A DNA stretch of 64,000 nucleotides from Hormiphora californensis (taxonomy: Eukaryota; Animalia; Ctenophora), in assembly GCA_020137815.1 (NCBI GenBank), contig CM035355.1:496001-560000 (forward strand), in the 5' to 3' direction. Positions 1 through 13,117 of the stretch are shown here, in pieces. Position 1 is the stretch's first letter; every line of letters begins with the position of its first letter. Made by a program: the position numbers and the translations under genes. The notes under the pieces were generated by a model. The model had not been told where the DNA came from. It was given only the letters and a program-made list of their open reading frames with translations, and made no database searches.

Positions 1-3000
1 CTGTCTAAAAAACTAGGACTTTAATTGGGCTACCCCTTTCCCTTTCCCAACCCATTTTAAAAAATGATGGGGTTATACTTTGAAAAGGGGGGGAGAAAAA
101 AGGGGGAAAAAAAAAAGGAAAAGAAGAAACGAAAAGGGGAGTTTTCGGCCCGGGTAGGGAATGAATGAAAAACCTTTTGTTCCAGCCCAATTCTTTATGA
201 ATGAATGTTGCTAAATAAAGAGTATAATAGTGGGCGAGGGGACTGGGGAAGGAACACGTGACGAACAGGGGCATAAGATGAAAGAATGGTAGAGAAAGAA
301 GGAGTTATATTTTCCAAGTCGGCGAAATTTAAAAAAAACATTTTCATTGTGGTCAGTAGAGTTTGTCTGACGCCCTAAACCCCCAAAGTTTTGGGAATGC
401 TCCCTATCTGAGCAAAAAACCGCCCCCCGGGGGGGCCCAATCAGGAGATTTTTGGAAAGCCACCGCCAAAAAGAGGAGATTTTTAAAAGAATGGGGAAAG
501 AAAATGAAGGAGAAATAAAAAAGGAGTTAAGGGACCCGGGGGATAATTTGGAAAAAAATGAAAGGCATGGAAAAAGAGTTACGGGACAGGGGGAAAAGAA
601 AAACTAAAAAAAAAATTTTTTAAAAGGATCCCCCAACAGCCTTCGGGGAAAAAAATTTTTAGAAAGGGGAGAGGGGGGAAAAGACAGAGGAAAAAAGTTC
701 CTGCCAACGAACGTTTTTTTTTTTCCCAGGAGAGCCGTAAGGAAACAATTTTTTGAACCCCCAGAGCGGGGAACCGAAAAAGAGGGAGAGAAAGAAAGAG
801 AAAGGAGAGAGGAGAGAGGGTGGAGGCGGGGGACGCGGAAGCATAGCCCCATCAGCGAATGAAAGGAGAAACACCAAAGAAGAGGAAGAAGAAGAGAAAA
901 GAGAAGAGGAGAGAGAGGGGAGAGAGAAAAGAGAGGGGAAGTTTTTTTTCCCCCCCCCCCTTTTTTTTTTTTTGGGGGGGGGGGGGTTTTTTTTTAAAAA
1001 ATTTTTTTCCACCCCCCGGGGTTTTTTTTTTTTTTTTTTTAAAAAGGGGGGGGGTTTTTTTTTGGTAAAAAAAGAGTTAAAAAATTTTGGGGGGGCAAGG
1101 GCAAATTGGGGTTTCTTTACCCCCCCCCCTCCTTTTCCCTTCCCCCCCAAAAAACAGACAAAACACAGGCTCTTTATCACACTCTCTCTCCCCTTCTAGA
1201 GCATAAAATTTTCCCATTTTCCCCCATTTTCTTTTTAGTTCTTACTAAAAAATCTATTTTTTTTTTCCTTCCCCTTTTCAAATTACTAAAATTTAAAAGA
1301 GAGGGGTAAAAAGAGGGGGTTGAGACATGAAAAGAGGGCAAACATATAAAGAAAAATATCAGCCCATCAAATTTCCTCCCCGGGCCCCTCTTTTTATTTA
1401 CTAAACACATGTTTTAATGTTTTTCTTACAATCCCTCTATCCTCTTTTATCCCCCCCTCACCCCCCTCCCCCCCGTCTCCCCCCCTATTCCTCCCCCCTC
1501 CCTCCCACCTCTCTCCCCCCATCCTCCCCCCCTCTCTCCCCTCCCCCCTTTCCCCCCCAAATTTTTCTCTACTATCAGGGACTCTTTCATACAGTTTTCC
1601 CCTGAAAAGTTCACACACAAATGGGCTTGTGTGACAAGCGCACACTCACATCTCCATGAATTATGGGGGCCCGATGCCTTTTGTATGTTATTTAATAAAA
1701 ACCTTCTTTTCCTTGCCCCCTTTCTCTATTTCAAAACTTCTCCTTTCGACCCCCTATTCCCACTTTTATAAATTCCCTTCAACACGGGGCCCCCCCAAAG
1801 TAATTTAAAAAGTTGGTTTCCAACTTTTATAATAATTCCAGACCAATGTTGTTCTTATATTATAGCGTGTATCTTTAAACCTAAAAATTGAGCTCTTGAG
1901 CAACATAGAAGAAAAAGTGAAGTAATCCCAAAAATAGCGAAAGAAGGGACATAGACTTGTCACAGAACGAAAGTAAAATTGTAAAAACTTTTGCATATAT
2001 TTGTTTTTTTTACCAGATGATATTCCATGAAAAAAATACGCATAGAAGGTTCAATAACTTCATACAGCCGAAAAAATTTGGGAGGGTGGGCCCTTTTCCC
2101 ATCGCCCTTTTTCCGAGACAAAACTTTTATTTTAGGGCCCCCAATTCCTTTATCTAAATCTTAAATGTACTTTTTCTGGGGGATTTTTCAAATTTTTATA
2201 AGCGTTCAAGGGATTGAAATTGTAAATGTGGCACACATTCAAAGTGAAAAAAATGGGGGGATGAAAAATACTCATCGTACCGCACACGGCAACACTTTAT
2301 AAATGAAAATTTGAAAAGGATCAACACCAATGCCCCCAAATAAAAAGTTTTATGATAAATCCCTTTAGTTAGAATGTGATTCCCAAAGTTTTCCTTTTGA
2401 AAAATTCCCCTCCCAAAATTTCCCTTTATCTGTAATGCCCAATACGTTTCCCTGGTCACCTGTTAAAAAAGCAAATTTTAGGGAAGGTATCTTCAAAACA
2501 ATCTTCTGCAGACGCTGCTAACCTCTTTTAAGCCCCTTTCCTGGTGGCTACTTGTTTGAAAACTTTCCCACTGCGTAGGGGGTTTGGGGAAAACCCCCCC
2601 GGGGGAGGCCGGGCTCCAAGCGGTTCCTCCCTCACGATCACATCTTAACAAATCTTGAGGAACAAGGGGGAAATTAAAAGGGACAACCAAGAGCGAAAAA
2701 CAGAAAAAAAGACCAGAAAGGGAAAAACAAAAAAACAAACGAAGTTTTTTTTTTTGCTGTTGTTCAAGTTTTTTGTGGAATTTTTTTAAAATTTCCCAGA
2801 GCTGGGAAATTTTCCAGCGCGCGTTTTTTTCCCCACCCGAAAGCTTACGTGTGACAAAACACTGGGCTTGCGCGGGATTTCTCAAATTTTATCGTTTTTT
2901 CCCCTTTTTCTTTTTTTATTTTTTTTAAACCTTTAGACAAAGTCCTTTGATTCGTCGTTTCCCAAAAATAAAGAAAGTTCGAGGGGCTGCGGGCTGAGCT

Positions 3001-3087
3001 GTGATGCTCACCTCCAAACGGTAACACAAAAAAGAATTTGCCCTTCTGTACTTTTTAAAATTGAAAATTGGGGTTTTGGAGAAAAAC

Positions 3088-3125
<38 letters not shown>

Positions 3126-6100
3126 CCATTTTTTTTTTTTTTTCTTTCTCCGTCTTTTTTGGCCCTGGTTTTCCGCGGACCCCGGGACATCCCGAGTGCC
3201 TTCCTGTGTTCACAGGGGAGCACTCATGCTGTTTTTCCTTTCCACTGTGAGTTACCCAATCTGGGCTTGAGACCACCGTCAACCTTGGGAGCAAAAAACC
3301 TCCCGGGGAAAATATCCTCCTCAAAAAAACGTGTTCCCGATTTTCACGTCCTGCCTGATAAATCACCCTAGAAAATCACCCCCAAACTCCCCCTTTACGC
3401 CGAAGAAAAGGCCCGCTCTGGGAGCGGGAAAAACGGTTTGCAGTCACGGTTTTTCGGAAAGGGGGACCTTTGCTTTTTAAAACTGTGTCAGAGGGGATAT
3501 AACTTTACTATTATTTATTTTATTTAAAAGAATTAAAAAAATGTTGAAAAGATTCCAAACTGTAAGAAAACCCCCCTACAAAAACAGTCGAAGGGACGGT
3601 ACCTTTGGTAATTAACGCACCACACTAGATTATAAAATAGGTAGGTGCCCCCGTTGGGGTTTTCCAGGGGGCACCTATGACCTACATATTCATCATTAGT
3701 CAACTATCATAGTCAATCACAAAGGGGGGAATTTCAATACAGTCGGACCCCTTTTTTTGGGGGGAATTTTTTGGGGGGGCCAAAATTTGGGTCCGACTGT
3801 AAAGTCTATGAAAAAGTTATTAACACTCCCAAAAATTTTCCCCATCATCTCTAGGTTGAAGATGTTTAGTAAAACCATGTGTATCTACCCAACCCACACC
3901 ACCTTTACAATAGGGAAATTTGGTCCCCCTTTTTTTTAGGTTTGGGGGGAAATAAAAACCCCGGTTTGGTTGCCCTTTCAAAAAACAGGAAATTCTGTAA
4001 GTTTTCCCCGGGGGAGGGGGTTTTTAAAAAGTTTTAGGGGGGTTTTGGGGAAAAAGATAATTTTCACTTAAAAAATTTTTAAAATTTAATTTTTCCTTTT
4101 TTCCCTGGATTTTTTTTCCCCCCCTTTTTCAAATCACATGTTTGGGGGATGGGGGGCTTAAAAACCCCCTTTTGGGGGGCATTTGGGGGGAAAATTTTTA
4201 AAAAAACTTTTTAAAGGCAAAGGGGGGGGTTTTTTTTTTCCCCCCCCTATTAAAAAAATTTTTTGGCCCTTTTAAATTTTAACTTTTGTTTTAAAAAAAT
4301 AAACCCCCCCTTTGAGGTTTTATAATTCCCCTCCCCTTGCGGTCCCCCTAATTCCAGGAATCACCCTACGGGGGCCCGTTTTTAAACCCCCGGGTTTTTT
4401 GATTACTTCCTCACCCATTTTTCTCTCTTCCCGACAGTCCCTTTTATAAAATTTTCCCCCGGGTTTTCCAAATCCGTCCCCCTTTGGGGGGGGAGTCCCA
4501 ATAACTGTCCCCCCCAGTCCATCTTGCAGCCCCTCCCCAAGCTAAAGGGTCCCCATCTTAATAAAAAATTTTTTTTCCCCCCCCCCCCTGCAACTGGGGG
4601 GCTCTTTAAAATTGGGGGGGGGAAAAACCCTTTCCCTTGAAAGGGCATCAATTTAAATTTCTAAATCCTTCCGTTTAGTAGAAAAAAAAATCCCTTTTTT
4701 TTGTTTAATTGGAAAATTTAAAAAGGAGTGAAAAATTTCCCCTTAAAATTTTTAGGTTTAATGGGTTTTTTTGGGGGAAAAATTTTTTTTTTTGGGTGGG
4801 GGGTAAAGGATGGTGGGTTTTTGGGGGGGTTTTATGGGGTTGGAAGGGTTTTGGGTTTTTTTTTTTTTGGGGGTTTTTCGTGGGTTTTTTTTTGGGGGTT
4901 TTGGGTTTTGGGAAAGGGGGGTTTTTGGGGGTTTTTTTTTTTTTTTGGGTTTTTTGGGGGGGTTTGGTGGGCTTTTTTTGGGGGTTGGGGGGGGTTTTTT
5001 TTTTTTTTTTGGGGGGTTTTTTTTTTTTTTGGGGGGGGGGGTTTTTTTTTTTTTGGGAAGGGGTGGAATTTAAAATGGGAATTTTTTTTAGAAATTTAAC
5101 TTTCTTTTTAAAATTTTTTTGGGGTTTTTTGGAGGGGGAAAATCGAACCAACCTTCCATCCCCGTCCGAGTGGAACCTCAAACCCCGTATCCCCGGTTTG
5201 GTAGTTCTAAATACGAAAAATTAGGGGGGACAATGTTGGACTTTGGAAAACCCCCCCTATTGTTTTCTTTTCCCCACTCCCCTTTTATTTTTTTTTGGCC
5301 CATTTCCCCCCCCCTAAAAAAAATTTCTTTTGTGGGGTTTTCCCCATTTTTGTTATGTTAAAACCCCCAAAAAGAACATAAGAAATTGCGGGGGTTCGGG
5401 AGGGGGTGGGGTTTTTACCAAAAAAAACCTTTGTTTGTTTGCTTTCCCCCCATCCCCTTTTCCCCCCCGGGGGAAAATTTTAAAATCCCCTTCCCCTTTA
5501 GTTCCCCCCCCCTTTGGTCCCCTGAAAGGGTTTGTTCTTGCTTTTCTGAAGGTCCCCCCCCCGGAAAATTGGGGAAAACGGGCTAAAAAATCCCCCCTTT
5601 GGGGTTTTTGGCCCCCTTTTTTTTTGTAGAGGTTTTTTTTGTGTGGTTTCCCAAAATTTAAAAAAACATTTTTGGGGTTTTTAACTAAAAATTCCCCCCC
5701 CTCCCGGTTAAACCGCGGTTTTAAAATTCTAGAGTTAATCATCCCTTCTTTGTTTTAAAAAATTTCCTGTAGGGGTTAGGGGTTTTTCCCCTTTTCGGAA
5801 ATTGTAATACTCGGCTCGGGTCCCCTTTAGACACCTCCCCCTTTCCAAATGTGTGTTAAAAGGATTTTTAATTAATTTTTCGTTGTTGGATATCAGAATT
5901 TTTTTAAGGGGATTTAAAAAAAAAACTCTTTGGGAAAAACAACTTTTGGGCAAAAAATGTCCAGAAAGAAAAAGTTTTGGGTGTCTTTTTTTAAATTTTT
6001 CCCCATTGTTTCCCCCCAAAAAAGAAATTTTTTTGTCCCCTTTATAAATGCCCCGGGGGGGTAAAAAAAAAGGTGTAATTGAAAAGAGTTTTTCTTTTTC

Positions 6101-6760
6101 AGCAGGAGCCCTTTGGGTGGTTTCCCTTACCGAAAATGTTCTAGGTTAACTAAATTCCCTTGGAATTTGGGGGTTGTTCAAAATTTTTAAAGAAAATTTT
6201 CCCCCGTTTGGGTTCCCCCCCGGGTCCAAATCCCTTTGAAAAACTTTCCCTAAAATTTTAGAACGTACCGGAATTTTTCCCCGTAAAGGAAAAGGGTTTT
6301 CCCCCGGGGGGGGGGTGTTATTTTGGGGAATTTTTAAGACTTCCCCTTGTTTTAGGGTTCGATCCTTTTTTAAAATTTAAAAACCTTTAAAAAAAATTTT
6401 TTTATTTTTTAAAATTAAAATTTTAAAAATTTTTTGTTAAAAAAGCCCCTTTTTTTGGGGAAAAATTTTCCAAAGAATTTAAAATTTTTTAAAACCCCTT
6501 TTAAAAGGGTTTCCCCCCCTTTCCCAATTCCCCGGATTCGATCCCCCTTTAACTTTTTTGGGGGGGGCTCTTCCCCCCTTTTCCCTTCAAGGGTTCCCTT
6601 AATTAAAACCCCAAATTCAACTTTTTGGTTTTTTTTTGGAGGGTTGACAAAAATTTCCCCACCTGAGTTCCTCTGGTTCCCCTTTCCCCTTTTTCCCCCC
6701 CCCGTTTTCACCCAAAACCCTTAAAAAAGCCCCTAAAGTCGGGTTTCGTTCGGGGTAGGT
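1..6760. other. Low-quality, homopolymer-inflated direct duplicate of about 6770-13520 (probable sequencing/assembly artefact)
   Basis: Collinear degraded matches: 1152 aaacagacaaaacacaggctctttatcac vs 6833; 3738 tacagtcggacccc vs 9534; G/T runs at 4780-5050 in place of (GGAGAT)n; 6530 ccggattcgatcccc vs 13285. Differences are mostly expanded or collapsed homopolymers and lost bases. Confidence 0.9.
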
Positions 6761-7756
6761 TAAGAGTATGGGACCTATATACAGATGTCTTTACCCTCCC
6801 CTCCAGGTTATAATAGCTTACCTCTCAGCAATCAAACAGACAAACACACAGGCTCTTTATCACAGCCTCTCTCTCCCCTTCTAGGAGCATAATAATGTTC
6901 CCATTACCCATTTTCTTTTAGTTACTTACTAAAGACTCATATTTTCTTTTCTCTGTCTCATTTCAATTACTAACATATGAGAAAGAGAGGGTAGAAAGAG
7001 GGGGTTGAGACATGAAATAGAGGGCGAACATAATGAAGAATAATATGCATGTCCATCAGAATTTGCCTCTCCGGCTCCTCTTTTTATTTACTAACACACA
7101 TGCCTTAATGAATTTCTTACAATCCCTCTATCCTCTCTCTATCCCTCCCTCTATCCCCTCCCTCCCTGTCTCACCCCCTCACTCCTCCCCCTCTCTCTCC
7201 CACCTCTCTCTCCCTCACTCCTCCTCCCTCTCTCTCCTCCTCCTCCCTCTCTCTCCCACCTTCTTTCTCTACTATCATGTGATCTCATTTCTATACAAGT
7301 ATTCCTGAGAAAGTTCACACACAAATAGTGCATGTGTGTGACAAGCGTCACACTCACATCTCCATGAATTATGGATGGCCGATGCCTAGTGTATGTATAT
7401 TTAATCAAACACTATCTCTTCCTTGCCCTCTCTCTCTATTTCACAACTTCTCCATTTCGATCCCCCTATTCCACTACATCTTATAATTCCCTTCAACGAT
7501 TCAGGGCCACCCGAAGTAATTTAAAAAGTTGGTATCCAACGATTTATATATAATTCCAGACCAACTGTTGTTCTGTATATAATATCAGCTGTGTATCTCC
7601 TTAGAACATGAGACATTGCAGCTCTGTGAAGCAACATAGAAGAAGAAAGTGAAGTATATCCCACACATAGCGAATATGAATGCGACAATAGTACATTGTC
7701 AGCAGAATCAGCAAGTAAAATTGTAAAACTGTTGCATATATATGTGTGTTTCTTAC

Positions 7757-8404
7757 CAGATGCATATTCCATGATAAAATACTGCATAGAGAGCGTCTCA
7801 ATAACTTCATACAGCCGTAAAATGTTGGGATGGTGGGCCTCTTCCATCGCCTCTATTTCACGAGACAACAACTTTTGAGTTTTATGGTCCAACTTTCCTT
7901 TATCTAATATCTTCACTGCTACTTTTTCTGAGGGATGGGTCATAATTTATAAGCGTTCAATGGGATTGAAATTGTAAAATGTGGCATCACATTCAAAAGT
8001 GAACAAATGGTGATGATTAAAAATAGCTCATCAGATACCGCACACGGCACACACTTTATAAAGTGATAATTTTGATCAGATTGATCAACACCAAGTGCTC
8101 AAGATAAAAGTATTTTATGATAAATACCTTTAGTTAGAATGTGAATTCCAAGCTTCACTGTTGAAAAATTCCCGCTCCCTAAATTTCCCTTTAGTCTGTA
8201 ATGCCCAATACGTTTCCCTTGAGTCACCTGTTAAAAACAGCTAATTTAGGGAAGCTGTATCTTCAAAACAATCTTCTGCAGAGCGCTGCTAACCTCTTTT
8301 AAGACCTTCTCCTGGTCGGCTAGCTCTGTTTGCAATCTTTGCCACTGCGTGACGGGCGTTGGGGCAACCCCCTCCGAGGAGGCCGGCTCCAAGCGGTTAG
8401 CCAT
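7757..8404 (-). CDS. NIM1K: NIM1-family (AMPK-related) Ser/Thr kinase, first three coding exons; downstream exons not resolved
   Basis: Exons 8404-8294, 8227-8128 and 7927-7757 have phase-consistent GT-AG junctions and give MANRLEP...WQRLQTELADQEKVLKE-VTQGKRIGHYRLKGNLGSGNFSTVKLGIHILTK-EKVAVKILDKGKLDHKTQKLLSREIEAMEEAHHPNILRLYEVIETLSMQYFIMEYASG. This matches the NIM1K signature GKRIGxYRxxGxxGSGNFS...LDKxKLDxKTQxLLSREI. Confidence 0.9.
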
Positions 8405-9535
8405 CCCTCACGCATCACATCTTAACAAACTCTTGAGGTAACAGAAGGAGTAAGAGCAAGCCAAATGAGCGAAAACAGAAAAGAAGAGCCAGAAATGAGA
8501 AACTAAAAAACAACACGAAGTTTGTTTTTTGCTGTTGTTCAAGTTTGTTAGTGGAAGCTCTTACGGTAATTCCCACGAGCGTGGGAAATTCTCACGCTGC
8601 GCGCATTTTTCCCACGCCGAAAGCATATACAGTGCTGACAAAACAGCTGGGCTGCGCGTGGATTTCTCAAATTTATCGTTTCTTCGATTCAGTTTTTAGT
8701 TTTTACTCTTTAGACAAAGCTCCTTTGATTCGTCGTTTCCCTACATAAAAGAAAGACATTCAGATGGGGCTGCAGGCTGCAGCTGCTGATGCTCACCTCC
8801 AAACAGGTAACACAAGATAAAGAATTGCCCTTCTGTACTCTGTAGTAATTGTAAATTGTGGTTGGAGCACCATTCTTTTTGGTTTTTTCCATTTTTTCTT
8901 TTCTTTCTCCGTCTTTTTGGCCTGGGTGTCCGCGGACACCCGGACATCCACGAGTGCCGTTCCTGTGTCTCACGAGGGAGCACTGTCAGTGCTGTTGTCC
9001 TTTCCACTGTGAGTAGTACCCAATCTAGGCTTGAGACACTAGCCGTCAACCTTGGGAGCAAATAACCCTCCCGAGGAATATACCTCCTCAGAAAACGTGT
9101 TGCCGATATTCACGTCCATGCCTGATCAATCACCCATAAGAAAATCACCTCCTAATCTCACCATACGCCGAAGATAAAGGACCGCTCTAGGAGCAGGCAT
9201 CTGGTTGCAGTCACTGTTTTTCGGAAAGGCGGACCATTTGCATATTACAAACTGTGTCAGAGCGGGATATAAACTGTTACTATTATTTATTATTATTTAT
9301 TATAAGAATCTACAAAAATGTTAAGAAAAGATTCCTAACTGTGAAGATAAGGCCCTACAGAGAGACTAGATCGAATGGTACGGTACCATTGGTACTATGT
9401 AACCTGATCACACACTAGATTATAGAATAGGTAGGTGCCCCGTTGGGGTTTTCCACTGGGCACCTATGACCTACATATTCTATCATCTAGTCAAGTCTAT
9501 CATCTAGTCAAGTCACAAGAGGGAGATTGGCAATA

Positions 9536-9616
9536 CAGTCGGACCCCGATTTAGTGGCCCCCGATTTAGTGGCAGGATTTTTTCCCCGAGGATGCCACTA
9601 AATCGGGGTCCGACTG
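9536..9616. mobile_element. Tc1/mariner(pogo)-type MITE
   Basis: TIR CAGTCGGACCCCGATTTA ... TAAATCGGGGTCCGACTG with TA TSD; same family as 15822-15991. Confidence 0.85.
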
Positions 9617-9970
9617 TATGTCTATGAAAAAGTTATTAACAGCTAGGCACAATATTAACTCTCCCTATCATCCTCTAGGTTGAAGATCGTTTAGTAAAAC
9701 CACTGTGTATCTACCCGACACCACGACCATCTCTGTACAATATGATGGACAGATATTTGGATCGGCCCTTTAGCTTTGTGGTAGAGTTTGTGAGAGAAAA
9801 TAATTCCAGGCTTGGTATGACGCTCTGTCTAAATAAACAGGAACATCTTGCTGTCAAGAATATCGTGTCAACAGGTTAGTACACGCTGTATATAGTTTAG
9901 AGGGGGATTTTGGAACATAGAGTGCAAGTGTGAGCACTTGAACAAAGTATTAAATTCACTTCCATTTCCC

Positions 9971-10105
9971 TAAAGTCGGATTTTTTGAAACTGTCACCCC
10001 CCTTTTCGTGCACATCACATGTTAACGTATGGTGTGCGCGTCAAAATTGATAAATTTCACATGTGCGGTCATTTGGGGGTGACAGTTTCAAAAAATCCGA
10101 CTTTA
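9971..10105. mobile_element. MITE-like inverted repeat
   Basis: taaagtcggattttttgaaactgtcacccc ... ggggtgacagtttcaaaaaatccgacttta, 30-bp perfect arms. Confidence 0.7.
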
Positions 10106-10813
10106 TATGAATGTCAGCGGGTGAAAATTTGTCTGATATACCCCGCCCGCTATTAAAAGCAAGGATGTTTTTGCCGCTAAAACTTATAATCAATAAATCC
10201 TTGCTTATATAAAGTATAAACCCCTCCCTTTGGTAAGGTTTTATACCATATACCACCCTCCCTGCTTCGCAGGTCGGGCAGTATATGGTGCAGCGAATCA
10301 CCCTAGCGGGTGACCCGCTACATATAAACCCAGGTTTATTGATTACATATCCATCACCAGGTCCTGATCCTCTCTTCACCAGATCTAGTCTTGACTGACC
10401 TCACCTCTTCCCCCAGGTCTAATATACCAAGATGGCCGTCTCCGGTCGGGTGACGTAGTCCCTGCAATAAACGATGTCCCCGTTAGTGGCCTATCATTCG
10501 AACAGGCAGCCTACTACGACAATGCAAGAATAGGGTCCGACTAACTGTAATGAATGCCAATCTTGTCCAGTGCCCCCATCCGATGCAGAGCTGGAGATGC
10601 TCTTTAATATCGGGGATGGAGATAGCAGTGCACTTACCACTCATGAGTAAGTTTCAGATCACACGTTGCTACTTGCTATAATCTCTTACCAGTTCCAGTA
10701 TCGATCAAATCACACCCCTGCCTTGCCTTGTTCGACCTTGTTGCACTGTAGGCTAAGTTACACTATAGTAGCTGAAAAGTTACTCCGCCGTGAGTAGGGA
10801 GGGAGAATTGTTA

Positions 10814-11381
10814 GAGATAGAGATGGAGATGGAGATGGAGATGGAGATGGAGATGGAGATGGAGATGGAGATGGAGATGGAGATGGAGATGGAGATGGAG
10901 ATGGAGATGGAGATGGAGATGGAGATGGAGATGGAGATGGAGATGGAGATGGAGATGGAGATGGAGATGGAGATGGAGATGGAGATGGAGATGGAGATGG
11001 AGATGGAGATGGAGATGGAGATGGAGATGGAGATGGAGATGGAGATGGAGATGGAGATGGAGATGGAGATGGAGATGGAGATGGAGATGGAGATGGAGAT
11101 GGAGATGGAGATGGAGATGGAGATGGAGATGGAGATGGAGATGGAGATGGAGATGGAGATGGAGATGGAGATGGAGATGGAGATGGAGATGGAGATGGAG
11201 ATGGAGATGGAGATGGAGATGGAGATGGAGATGGAGATGGAGATGGAGATGGAGATGGAGATGGAGATGGAGATGGAGATGGAGATGGAGATGGAGATGG
11301 AGATGGAGATGGAGATGGAGATGGAGATGGAGATGGAGATGGAGATGGAGATGGAGATGGAGATGGAGATGGAGATGGAGA
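10814..11381. repeat. (GGAGAT)n hexanucleotide microsatellite, about 570 bp
   Basis: Perfect tandem array. It accounts for the SP/IS/EM repeat ORFs in the track. Confidence 0.98.
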
Positions 11382-13117
11382 GCATTTCATAGTCTTTCTT
11401 TTGAATGGGATTCTTGTTGTGTGTGTTTTTAGGAGGGTCAGAACTCAGAACATAACAACCTGCTCACACTCCCCTGATACCGAGTGCAGATCTCTCTAAA
11501 CCCTGCTCATCCTCTAGGTTTGACGATCAGTAAAACTCTACACTACGAACAAATAGTGACGGTGACAATAGTTCGGCAGGCTCTTGGCATCACCATTCTG
11601 CATTCTGATTCAGGGAGGTAGCGACACACTCCAGGGCTGTATCAGGGTGTTGAGTAGTCCTGCAGTGGCGACTGAGATTATACCTAAGGATACACTGCTC
11701 AGTGTAGCTGGTGAGTACTGAACCTGATTGTCTTGTTCCACCCTGCTTCACCACGCCGCGAACAAATGTAACATAAGAACATTGTCGAGGGGAATTCAGG
11801 AGAGGGAATAAGAGGGAATTTTTACACAATCATACATACCTAGATATGTAATAACAGCTCTCCTTGCAGGTCCTGACTAACTGTACCCACGACCGAGCAC
11901 TAGAGATAATGAGAGAGGCTCCCATTCAAACAACATTTTAGTTGCCCCGCCACTTCGGATCCCGGCCAGATGAGAGGTACAAAATTATCGATTCTTGTCA
12001 TTTCTGATAGAGGCCCACCCCATGTGACACATTAAGATAAGGAAGGAAGCGGACAAGACTGAAATCATCCCTTCTCAGAAGAGATGATTTGTGTCTCTTT
12101 CTCAGCTAGACGGTTGTCTTTTTGACCTAGTCGGTAAACCAAATTATAAAAGGAGCATGGTACTGGACGCTCTTTTAACTAACCTTCCCTCCCCCTCCCA
12201 GGATTATGCCGAGTACTGGTTACAACACCCTCTCTAGACGATTAATATCATCCCATCTACAAGATATGTGTATCTAAAATCGATGCCTTGAATCAGCCGT
12301 TAGACCCGTTTCCCATAATAATATAACGGAATTCGACTAACTACGGTACGGACATCGGACACGTCTACTAAAGTTAGACACGGAGCTGTCACTGTCCGCA
12401 TTCTCTACAAGATGCTGCTGTAAATTGAGATTTATAGGACTATAATTATCGTTAGATTAGGATATCACGAACTCTTTTTACCATGTTCTAGGGTTTGAAC
12501 AAAACTCTTTGAGAATATTACATACATATTGTGATCGATAAGTAGTGTCCAGAAAGTTAACAATTGTTTGTGGTCTGTCTTCTTAGAACTTTGCGTTCAA
12601 TTTGTTATAAATCCATCTAATCAAAGAATATTTATTTTGTACCCAATATATCAATTAGGAATGTTTCGGCGGAGGGTGAAACTTTCATACTTTCTCGTTG
12701 TAATTAGACGACGCTGGGGCTGGTTACAGCCATGGCAGCACTCTTGGACTGGTTTCCCTTCCACCGAACTGTTCCTCATTGATGTTCCAACGTCAATGAT
12801 GCAATCCATTGATGCAATGTGGCATGTGTGTGCAGTGTGATTGTAACGAAATTCTCAGTGACGTGCTGCTGCTGCAGTGCTCCGATGCTCGCGGCGCTAC
12901 CCAAATTGGCCCAATGTTGTTAACAACTGCATCCTCAACATTTTAGTAGACGTCACGCGCGATAATTTTTTGCGCGTCGAAAGCAAAGCGTGGGAAAAGA
13001 GGGCGCGGCGTGGGAAATGTTCCCACGGTGCGTGGGAATTACCGTAAGAGCTTCCACTAGTGTCTTTAGGATCTCGATCGCAAATTTTCAAAATTTAAGA
13101 TCACTTTCACAAAAAAG

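Larger units (their letters stand above)
9679..11976 (+). pseudogene. Multi-PDZ-domain exons with frameshifts (pseudogene, captured fragment, or uncorrected indels)
   Basis: Exons 9679-9874 (VEFVRENNSRLGMTL), 10417-10646 (GLIYQDGRLRSGDVVPAINDVPVSGLSFEQA / LLRQCKNRVRLTV after a frameshift), 11518-11710 (VTIVRQALGITI / SSPAVATEIIPKDTLLSVA) and 11870-11976 (LTNCTHDRALEIMREAP) form two PDZ domains. Splice sites are canonical, but there are several frame changes. Confidence 0.7.
8551..13057. mobile_element. 4.5-kb segment bounded by about 70-bp inverted repeats (possible Pack-TIR element)
   Basis: TAGTGGAAGCTCTTACGGTAATTCCCACG (8549-8577) is the exact reverse complement of 13031-13059, and similarity continues about 40 bp further in. 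TA flanks both ends, and the right end also reads CACTAGTGG on the - strand. Confidence 0.5.

Noticed and set aside
5-6724. Many K/F/G/P-rich ORFs
   Set aside because: They are translations of homopolymer-corrupted sequence.
7151-7408. IIHGDV as the next NIM1K exon
   Set aside because: It lacks the expected HRDLKAEN context and the intervening GGELF exon; could not be joined in phase.
10758-11392. About 200-aa SP/IS/EM repeat ORFs
   Set aside because: They are readings of the (GGAGAT)n microsatellite.
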